From an uncultured Chloroflexia bacterium (GTDB lineage: Bacteria; Chloroflexota; UBA6077; JACCZL01): a stretch of 64,000 bases of DNA. Below are positions 54,900 to 64,000 of the stretch, one piece after another (within the stretch, counting starts at the first letter, position 1; every line of letters begins with the position of its first letter). Position numbers and translations under genes: made by a program. The DNA lies in contig CAVXYC010000025.1 of assembly GCA_963765765.1 (NCBI GenBank), positions 61,092-125,091 on the forward strand. The letters are read 5' to 3'. Below the pieces are notes generated by a model. That model did no database searches. It saw nothing but the letters and a program-made list of their open reading frames with translations, and was not told where the DNA came from.

Positions 54900-56096
54900 C
54901 ACCCGCGTCTGGCAACTGGGCACGCTTTACTGGCGGGCGCGCGACCGAGTTAAACGCATTGTGGGCCTGGCACGTTAACTCGCTGGTAGCAACGGGCAAC
55001 GGTAGTTGACTATCCGGATGCCCCCCATGGACTACAGTTGAGATCACCTGGGCGGTGGCAGAGCGTTGGGGTGGTGAATGCGAGGGACACTGCGAGAGGA
55101 TGGCGCTGTCCACACCCATTCTGACCCCAGAGGCTCGCCATGCCGCAGTGTACCTTGGCGGTGGTGGAGTCGGTGAAGATGGTCAGCACCACGACCTGGA
55201 CCATGCAGCGTTTGGTCCAGCGCTGCGATCTCAGTGTGAGGCGGCGGTACGGGAGTGAGATACGGTCTACACCACCATCCGAGCGCATCAGACGCTCCAG
55301 TACCAGACGCCCGACCGAGTGGCTCCAGTCCTGGCAGGCAGAACACCCAGCATTTCGAAGACACACACTCTTCAGAAGAGAGGGTGTAACGGAGGTCCTG
55401 AACTATTACACCAGCTTGCCGACCCGCTGCCGCCATTGATAGCATCCCCTAGGGAAGCACCGGCGACGACCATGATGGATACGGTTGCATGGCGGACAAT
55501 CGCATCTCACCCAGCGGAGGCATATAAGCAAACTGCTCCCGATTGTTCCAGCTTGTCCGGCCCTAGGGATCAGCTTGCTTCAAGCCCGCGGGTACCCCGG
55601 CAGCTGAATCTCCGGCTCAGGATCACAACGTCGATACCGTCCATGCAACTAGCAACTTAGAACACGCTGGATATTCCGAAACCTACGGATTGGACAACAT
55701 AATCCATAACGCTCCAACGTAAGGTCAAAGATGCTCAACCATTTTACGATACTACTTTTTGTCCTGTCCCAATATCTAGAGTCCGAGGAGATACTTCAAG
55801 GCTTGCCGCGCCTTCGAGACTTATCTGATCTCACGTTGGTGAAGTTGGAACTGCTCGAGCAACGCGAGATGAATGCAGTCATCGCAGACCTTCAGCGAGC
55901 CCTCGCTAGAACGAGGGACGCCTGGGGCCATCGAATGGTGGCCGAAGCCGAGCAACGTGGCAAGATCATCAACAAGTTGCAAGTTGCCCGGACCGCGCGG
56001 ACGGCCTGGGTCGAGCGGATGGTGGCTGAGGCCGAGCAGCGCGGCGCCGTCATCGAGGAACTGCAGCGGGCGCTGGCCGCGCACTGGCGAGGCTGA
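54900..56096 (+). CDS. Heavily frameshifted glycan-modification gene (pyruvyl transferase-like?) ending in the 28-aa coiled-coil repeat
   Basis: VYLGGGG segment; C-terminal ORF 55731-56096 carries ERMVAEAEQRGAVIEELQRAL; TGA overlaps the next ATG. Confidence 0.35.
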
Positions 56097-58049
56097 TGGA
56101 AATCGTAGCGCTAATGATGGTGCGCAACGAGGCGGACATCCTGCGCATCAACGTCCTCCACCATCTCGCCCGGGAATCGACCGTTTTCTCGTCGTTGATA
56201 ATGGTTCGACCGACGGCACCGAACGGGTACTCAAGGAGCTCGCCCGTGGGGGCCGGCTCCGCTGGACCCGCGACGATGGGCCGTATCGCCAGGCGGAGAT
56301 CACCACCGCGCTGGCGCATGAGGCGTTCCACAGTGGAGCCGATTGGGTTGTGCCGATTGACGCTGACGAGTTCTGGTACGCTGCGCGCGGTAACTTCCGA
56401 CGGGTCCTGGCTCAAGCGACCGCTGGAGCGATCGAGGTGCAAGTCGTGAATTTCATTCAGCGACGCGACCAGATCGACGCCTCACCGGCCGCCCTCCTCC
56501 AATCAACCGGCGGACTCCTCAGCCAATCGGTCCGATTCAGCGTGCCATCGAGCTAATCCAGGCTCAGCAAATCTCATTCGTTGAGCACAGGTACACCACC
56601 AAGTCGATTCGCCGGCCGACACCCGACATCGAGGTCTTCATGGGCGACCACGGCGTGGTAGGCGGCCGCCGGTGCGGCAGCCCAAACGGACGAGATTGCC
56701 TGCTTGCATGCCCCACTGCGCGCCCGCGCCCTGCCTGGAGGGAAGAATGGTCGACCACGGCCGTCGCGCCTGGGAGCTCGGAGACAAGGCCAAGGTCTGG
56801 TGGAATGCCCGCCGAATCGGAGCGGCGCTGAAGACCCCGGGCTGGAGCAGGCGCTGAAGCGAGAATGGGCAGCCAACAGCTATGCTGACGACTGCCTGGA
56901 CGCTGGCGTGCTCTGGCGTTCGGCACCCGCTTGTCTTCGACACTCGGCTACGCGATGCTCTCAGGCCTTGGATCGATCGAACTCGTACGGAGCGTGTCGA
57001 GATGACCGTCATAGAGCCGCAAGGGACCCGGTGGGGGGCCTCGCTCGAGCACGGTGCCCAGCCCCCCCGCCGCAGGAGGGCTCGATCCTGGCAGGGCGTA
57101 CGCGGCATCGAAGGTTGGCTGTTCGAAGCTGAGGCTAGCCTGCTGATGAGCACCGTCATCCTGGCCCTGGCGGGGCGCCAGCCACACGCCGTGGTGGGAA
57201 ATCGGGAGCTTGCTGCGGTCGATCGACGGTCGTGCTCGGGAGCGTGGTCCAAGCAATCTGCCCGTTCCCGGGACGCGTCTACGCGATCGACCCGCACGAA
57301 GGCGAGGTCACTCTACCCAGCGAATACCTACGCTTCCTCACCCACTCTGGAGCGCTTCCGCCGCAACATTGCGGACGCGGGTCTCGCGGACGATCTGCGA
57401 AGCATCCAACAACGCTCCTTCGAGGTAGCCTGGGATCAGCCCATCAGCCTGCTGTTCATGAACGGATTACACGATTATGTGAACGTGACTCGGGACTTCG
57501 CCCACTTCCAGAGCTGGGTAGTGGACGGCGGGTACGTTGTCTTCGATGATTACGATATTCAAACGTTTCCCGGAGTCATTGCCTGCGTGCGTGACGCGCT
57601 CGACTCCGGGCAGTACCGCAGGTTTCGGCGGATTGGGAGGATGATGGTGGTACAGAAGCAGCAGAACTGGGCCCCAGATGAGGGACCCGCTCCATCGGAG
57701 TTCGAGACGTGCAACCCGAGTGCTGCGGTCGTGCGGGCCATCCTGGAAGAGGGTATCGGTCCACTGCAAGAGGAAGCTAGAACAGCATACCGGGTGGCCA
57801 AGGCGGATGGAGCAAGAGGCTGCGCAGCGCGGCACGGTGATCGCCGAGCTCCAGGCGGCCCTGGCCGAACGGACCGCGTGGGCCGAGCGGATGGTCGCCG
57901 AGGCGGAGCAGCGCGGCGCGGTCATCGCCGAGCTCCAGGCGGCCCTGGCCGAACGGACCGCGTGGGCCGAGCGGATGGTCGCCGAGGCGGAGCAGCGCGG
58001 CGCGGTCATCGCCGAGCTCCAGGCGGCCCTGGCTGAGCGGACGGCCTAG
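56096..58049 (+). CDS. GT2-like glycosyltransferase + class I methyltransferase + coiled-coil tail, copy 1; frameshifted
   Basis: MMVRNEADIL, VVDNGSTDGT, WVVPIDADEFW; EIGS..GRST, YAIDPH, LFMNGLHDY..V..DF, GGYVVFDDY; repeat tail. Confidence 0.8.
57820..58046 (+). repeat. 84-bp coding tandem repeat (about 2.7 units; AEQRGAVIAELQAALAERTAWAERMVAE)
   Basis: Near-identical units read directly; related units at ~55870-56090, ~59860-60010 and ~61940-62100. Confidence 0.92.
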
Positions 58050-58171
58050 GCCCCCATGAAGGACGCTCAGTCGTGGGCGGCGTGCTCGACCCGGATAGGG
58101 CACGAGAGAAAGATACAGCGAGGAACCGGTGGGATCGATTGCTTCGTTCCGCGCCCCGGGGGCCGCTTCGT

Positions 58172-60110
58172 ATGGAGCTAGTCGGGCTGATGATGGTGCG
58201 CAATGAGGCGGACATCCTGCGCATCAACGTCCTCCACCATCTCGCCCAGGGAATCGACCGTTTTCTCGTCGTTGATAATGGTTCGACCGACGGCACCGAC
58301 CGGGTACTGAAGGAGCTCGCCCGTCGGGGGGGGCACCGCTGGACCCGCGACGATGGGCCGTATCGCCAGGCGGAGATCACCACCGCGCTGGCGCGTGAGG
58401 CGTTCCACAGTGGAGCCGATTGGGTTGTGCCGATTGACGCTGACGAGTTCTGGCACGCTCCACGCGGCGACTTCCGACGTGTCCTGGCCAACTCCACCGC
58501 AGGTGCGCTTGGGATCTTCGGCGTGAACTTCATTCAGCGGCGCGACCAGAGGGACACTTCGCCGTCTGGGCTTCTACAGATGACTCGGCGCCCTGCCGAG
58601 CCGATTGGGACAGAGTGCGCGGTGGACCTTGCCGAGGCCCGACAAATCGCGTTTATTGAATTGAAGTACAAACCGAAGTGGATAAGCCGGCCAACGGCAG
58701 GCATCGAGATCGCAATGGGCAACCATGCGGTCCAGGGTGTGGACGGCCGTCTGGCCGACATTGAAACGGAAGAGATCATTTGCTTCCAAGCCCCCCTGCG
58801 GGCCCGAACTGTCCTGGAAGCCCGCATGGTCGATCATGGCAGGCGAGCCAAGGAGCTTGAGCTGCCCGGAGAGGGGGTGGTGGCAGGTGCAGCGATGGGG
58901 GAAACTACCTGAATTGGGCTGGAGCGAGCGCTGGAGCGCGAGTGGACGGCCAACAGCTACGCCGACGATTGCCTGGACGTTTACGGCGTCCGGCATCCGG
59001 TTGTGTTTGATTCACGGCTCCGCGATCTGCTCCGGCCGTGGATCGAACAAGAGCGGTAACTTGTCCAACGTCCCAAGTGAAGCACGTCACCAGTAGGACG
59101 GATTGGCTCGATGGAAGAAAGAAAGCTAGAGATGACGGGCACGATGGGAGGCCGAATACAGGGACAAGCAGGTGGAGTATTGATGGCCGAGGCGAGCCTG
59201 TTGTTGGTCACCGCTGCGCTCGCGCTCGCCGGACGCGAGCCGCACCCGGTGTTGGTAGTCGAGGAGAGTCTGCCCATCGGTGGACCGCCAGGCTGGCCGA
59301 CGCTGTGCAGGCCACCTGCGGGGATGCCGAAATATACACGACCGCTGATCCAAAGCTAGGCAATGTTCGGCGACCGGGTCCGCCCGCACCCTCCTGAAAT
59401 GGCGTGGGAATGGCCGGTGGCTTTACTGGTCATCTCGACGGTCCACGCGACTACCCAGCTGTCTCTCAGCTCTTCGCCAACTTCGAGCCGTGGATCGTGA
59501 CCGACGGTTACGTCGCGTTTGGCGAAGTACGACAGCCCCAATTCCCCAGAGATCACCGACTTCGTCAACGAGCTTATTGATTCGGGCGGCTACCGCAAAG
59601 TTCAGGTTGCCGGCACACTCGCGCTGATTCAGAGATTGCGGGTTGCCGAGTCACGCCGGGAGCAGCGACCGAGATCCGACCCGAATTCAACGATCGAGCG
59701 TTCGCGTCACAGGACTCAACCCCGGGAAATGCTCTACGGCGATGGCAATGATGCTCCGCGAGACGATAGAGCGGACCGCTTGGGTCGAGCGCCATGGTCG
59801 GCTGATTGATGACCATCGCTTTGAGGTTATTCGCCAGCTACAGACCACGATGGAGGAAGCGGACCGCCTGGGCGGAGCGCATGGTCGCCGAGGCCGAGCA
59901 GCGCGGCGCGGTCATCGCCGACCTCCAGGCCAGCCCTCGCCGAGCGGACCGCCTGGGCGGAGCGGATGGAGCAAGAGGCTGCGCAGCGCGGCGCGGTCAT
60001 CGATGAGCCCCGGCGGACCACCCGACGAGCGCGGGGCGGGCAGCAAATCTCGCCGGAGGAGTTGCCTTCTCGCGCCGGGCCGACCCCCGCCGCACCACTC
60101 GCACGGCTGA
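58172..60110 (+). CDS. GT2-like + degenerate methyltransferase + coiled-coil tail, copy 2; frameshifted
   Basis: MELVGLMMVRNEADIL...DADEFW...ANSYADDCLDVYG; AEASLLLVTAALALAG; repeat tail. Confidence 0.75.
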
Positions 60111-60197
60111 TCACCCGGGTCCGGCGAGTGGCGCCGTGGGCGCGGTCGGGGCACGACGGCCAAAAATCCGGGGCGGGCAGCCGAGGAGCGCCCGGGC

Positions 60198-62346
60198 ATG
60201 CACGTTGTCGGGCTGATGCTGGTGCGCAACGAGGCGGACATCCTGCGCATCAACGCTGCTGCACCACCTGGCCCAGGGGGTGGACCGCTTCCTCGTCGTC
60301 GACAATGGCTCGACCGACGGGACCGACCGCGTACCTCGAGGAGCTGGCCCGCGGCGGCCGCGTCCGCTGGACCCGCGACGACGGGCCGTATCGCCAGGCG
60401 GAGATCACGACCGCGCTGGCGCGCGAGGCGGCCCGTGGCGGGGCCGACTGGGTGCTGCCGATCGACGCCGACGAGTTCTGGTACGCCCCGGGCGGCGGCC
60501 TCCGGCGCGCTCCTGGCCGAGTCGCCGGCCGGCGCGCTCGGGTGCAAGTGTCTGTCAACTTCGTCCAGCGGCGCGACCGGCTCGAGCGCGATCTGGCCGA
60601 CGCCCTGCTCCAGATGACTCCGACAGGACACCCGAGGCCGATCGGCTCCAGTGGACCGGGCCGTCGAGCTGTTCGTGGCAGGCGGGGACAGATCGCGATA
60701 TCGTCGAGGGGCTGTACGCGGCGAAGTGGATCAGCCGGCCATCACGGCCGCGACTCGTGATCGCGCATGGGCGACCACGGCGTCGTGGGGCATTCGCCGG
60801 CCCGCGCAATGATCAGAACGCGAGGAGATCGTCTGTCTGCCACGCGCCGCTGCGCGCCCGCGACTGTCCTGGACGCCAGGATGGTCGAGCATGGCAGGCG
60901 CGCCCAAGAAGCGCTCGCGGCGCCTCGGTGCGGACGTGGCATGGTGAGAACGCCCTTCGGTGGGGGCTGGCTGGCGAGATCCTGACGGCCTGGACCGGGC
61001 GCTGGAGCGCGGAGTGGGCGGCCAACAGCTACGCCGACGACTGCCTCGACGTCTACGGCGTCCGGCACCCGCTGGCGTACGACACCGCGCCTGCGCGACC
61101 TGCGTCCGGCCCTGGATCAAACCGGAAGCATCCTCGATCAACGGAGTGGCGCGCAAGAAACGAGTCGAGTCGCGTCGGGCACAGTTGCAGGGAGCGACTC
61201 GTTGGATGACAGAATTTCCGAACGAGGAGATTTCCATGCCCGATGGACGAATATCGCAACTGAAGCCCGGTTGCTTTGGACGGCAGCGGCCCTGGTCTTT
61301 ACTCAGCACGAGCCCTGCTCGATATTACCTGGCCGGCGAATGCGTCGGCCGGTGGGCGTCTTATGCTGACCGATGCTATGCGGGCAGTTCACCCGGGCGT
61401 CGAGATCCGCGCCCTCGCCAGTGGGGGAACGGAGGACCTCGGCAGCGCGGGTCGGAGACCGCCGCGAGCACAGATGCCCGGAACGGCCCGCTGCTCTAAT
61501 TATCGTCGATGGCCCTCGTCAGCACGTTGCTGCTTCGCACCTATTTAAGAATTAGAAGCCTTGGGTCGCGGACGGGGGCTACGTCGCGTTCGGCGAGTAC
61601 GACAGACCGGAGTCTCCCGACATCGCCGACTTCGTCAATGAGCTACTCGACACGGGGCGATACCGAATGTTCCAGGTTGCTGGTGCCCTCGCCGTAATCC
61701 AGAAGCTCCCTACGGCAATGCCGCTCGACGACAGCAACACGGTCAGAACCAGCCAGGCAGCCCTTGAACTCGCGTCGCCGGGCCCGGCAATCCACGCACT
61801 GACAGCGACGGACCGCCGCCCACCCTGAGCGAAACAATTGAGCGGGCCGCCTGGGTCGAGCGGCGCGGCCAGCTGATTGATTCCCATCGACTCGAGGTCG
61901 ATTCGCCAGTTGCAGACGACGATGGAGGACCGTGACGGCGTGGGCTGGGCGGATGGTCGCGGGAGGCGGAGGCGCGCGGCGCCGTCATTGACGAGCTCCA
62001 GCAGGCGCTCGCCGAACGAACCGCCTGGGCCGAACGCATGGTGGCCGAGGCCAAGCAGCGCGGTGCGATCATCGACGAGCTCAAAGCGACGCTGGACAAG
62101 CGAGACAGCCGCATCAAAGAACTGGAGCTCGCGCGGGAGACTGCAGCGTCCGTGCGAACCTGTTTGCATGGGTCGGATCCGGGAAGAGCCCGAGCAGGTT
62201 ACAGGCGGGTTGGACGCAAACAAGAACCGCATCCGAGGACGTGCAAGGACCGTCACGCCGCCACCCGGGACACGCTGGCGGCGTTGTACGATTGCCGCGC
62301 CTCGCGGCTGGCAGCGTGGCTTCGGCGCAGAGTCCTGCCTCGGTGA
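60198..62346 (+). CDS. GT2-like + degenerate methyltransferase + coiled-coil tail, copy 3; heavily frameshifted
   Basis: MHVVGLMLVRNEADIL...DADEFW...EWAANSYADDCLDVYG; tail MVAEAKQRGAIIDELKATL...SRLAAWLRRRVLPR*. Confidence 0.7.
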
Positions 62347-62372
62347 CAGCGTCAGATTCCTCCCAACATAGG

Positions 62373-63838
62373 TTGGACACTCGGCGCTGCTCAGTCGTTA
62401 TTCCGTGAACTTTTAAACGCACGAAGTGTTACGAAGCAGTGCATTGAGGCACTGCTCGCCGCGCCGCCAGAGATGACCAACTGGGAAATCATCGTCGTCG
62501 ACGATGGATCTTCTGATGAAACGCCGCAGGTCTTGCAGGAGTTCGGGGATCAGATTGGGGTGGCAACTCGGGCCGAGAACGAAGGTTTTGCCGCGGCGTG
62601 TAACGCAGGCGCCGCGGTTTCAAAGGGTGAGTACATCGTTTTCCTTAACAATGACATTCTCCCGCAGCGCAGTTGGCTCGACAATCTGGTGCGCTATGCG
62701 GATCAACACCCCGGCGCGGCGGCCGTTGGCAGCAAGCTGCTCTTCGCGAATGACACTATCCAGCATGCCGGCGTCGTGGTATGTCAAGACGGCTATCCGC
62801 TGCCACGTCGATCCGGGATTCCCGGTCCATCACCCGCTTGTTAACAAGTCCCGGCAGTTCCAGATTGTCACCGGCGCCGGGACCGCCAGTGCGCCGGGCT
62901 GCCTTGGAGCAGGTCGGCGGCTTTGACACGCTGTATGTCAACGCCTACGAGGACCACGACCCGCGCTTGCGCTTGGGGGACTGGGGGTAGGACGATACTC
63001 ACTACTGCCACGAGAGTGTCCTCTACCATTTTGAGTCAATCTCTCGCGAGGGGCGTATCGCCGACTTCGAACACAGTACGCGGCGTTTCCGCGAACGCTG
63101 GGCGGCCAAGCTCGAACGTGACGACTTCCGCTACTACCTCGAGGACGGGCTACTCAGCGTCCAGTACGGGCAGTATTACCCATTTCAGCTCTCACTTTCG
63201 CCCCTGCTGGCCGTTGTCGACGATTCGGAACGCCGGAAGGCCCTCGAACATCTGCTCCTGCTCCGCAAGGAACAGGTCTTCGACCTGCTGAGGCAGAACC
63301 TGCAGTTGCAGATGCAGCGGTGGCAAACCACACTCAAGAAAGGTGGGCGCTCAGACGATGCACTGAGCCCGATCCCGCGTGACGCTGACATCTCCAACGA
63401 TCGGGCCGACGCCCGCGCGGCAGATGATGTCCTGATCCTCCGCGAGCAGGTTCTGGCACGAGAGGCTCAGTGCGCGTCGGAGGAGAGTGTCGGGAAGACC
63501 CGACTGTACCAGCTTCGTGAATCGGAGCGCGCGGTTTCGGCGTACCGCCAGGCCGCCGAGGAGCGCGACAACTTATTCACCACCAGCTTCGTGAATCGGA
63601 GCGCGCGGTTCTGGCGTACCGCCAGGCCGCCGAGGAGCGCCTACAAGTTATTCACCGGTTAGAAGCGGAATTGAAGCTATGCAGTACTCGGGATGAGATT
63701 CAGCGTCAACTCCCCACCATGGATGCGCTCATCAGGCAGCAGGAGGCGCTCATCATGCAACTGGAACAAGCGGTAAGGCAACGTCCGTCTCGTTGGAGGC
63801 GCGCCTACGCGTGGCTGAAGAGCAACCAGCGGCCCTAG
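62373..63838 (+). CDS. GT2 family glycosyltransferase with C-terminal coiled coil; frameshifted
   Basis: CSVVIP, EIIVVDDGSSD, NEGFAAACNAG, IVFLNND, VGSKLL, IQHAGV, VGGFD...YED, LYHFES; coiled tail ends SRWRRAYAWLK..* (TAG 63838). Confidence 0.82.
63508..63657 (+). repeat. ~75-bp tandem duplication in the GT2 coiled-coil tail
   Basis: ACCAGCTTCGTGAATCGGAGCGCGCGGTT..GGCGTACCGCCAGGCCGCCGAGGAGCGC occurs twice. Confidence 0.85.
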
Positions 63839-64000
63839 AAGATTTTCGACTCTGGCACTCGATCGAGTAGTGGCGACAATGGACCCATCCACGGCTAGCA
63901 GACCAGTATCAGTATTCGCCGCAGCTATTCGATGCGCCTGGAGCCACCTGCAAAGAGGTCCGTCTCTTCGCAGCCGGGATGAGCGGACCAGCTTCGTGCA

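Noticed and set aside
57820-58046. 84-bp repeats as a CRISPR array
   Set aside because: Units are contiguous with no unique spacers, are in-frame coding, and no cas genes are present.
1-64000. tRNA, rRNA, integrase or intact transposase
   Set aside because: None recognised by eye; tRNAscan-SE, barrnap and ISEScan would be needed for a firm negative.

Overview
GC-rich bacterial window. The gene content (amidohydrolase/racemase-like/Tat-SBP cluster, ClpC, cupredoxins) is compatible with a soil Chloroflexota-like organism; this is inference only. Many otherwise intact genes are split by single-base indels, densest at about 19-38 kb and 48-64 kb. This looks like uncorrected long-read error, so those genes are reported as single CDS. 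In order, the window holds: a subtilase 5' end; a sulfite-oxidase + persulfide-dioxygenase/rhodanese pair; a Cache-HAMP adenylate cyclase; a ~335-bp leader/promoter duplicated in front of a small membrane protein and NDH-2; glucose dehydrogenase + gluconolactonase + a Cys-less flavoprotein reductase; a LigB-type dioxygenase; a candidate toxin/effector cluster (metallopeptidase-lectin, ~950-aa unknown protein, coupled phospholipase D) bordered by IS5 and phage remnants; a four-domain multicopper oxidase with a di-cupredoxin partner; a gene block bracketed by clpC and a decayed copy of the clpC 3' end; a catabolic operon; SGNH hydrolases; and a glycan locus with a triplicated GT2-methyltransferase-coiled-coil gene whose 28-aa repeat tail is shared by four genes. 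No rRNA, tRNA or CRISPR array was seen.
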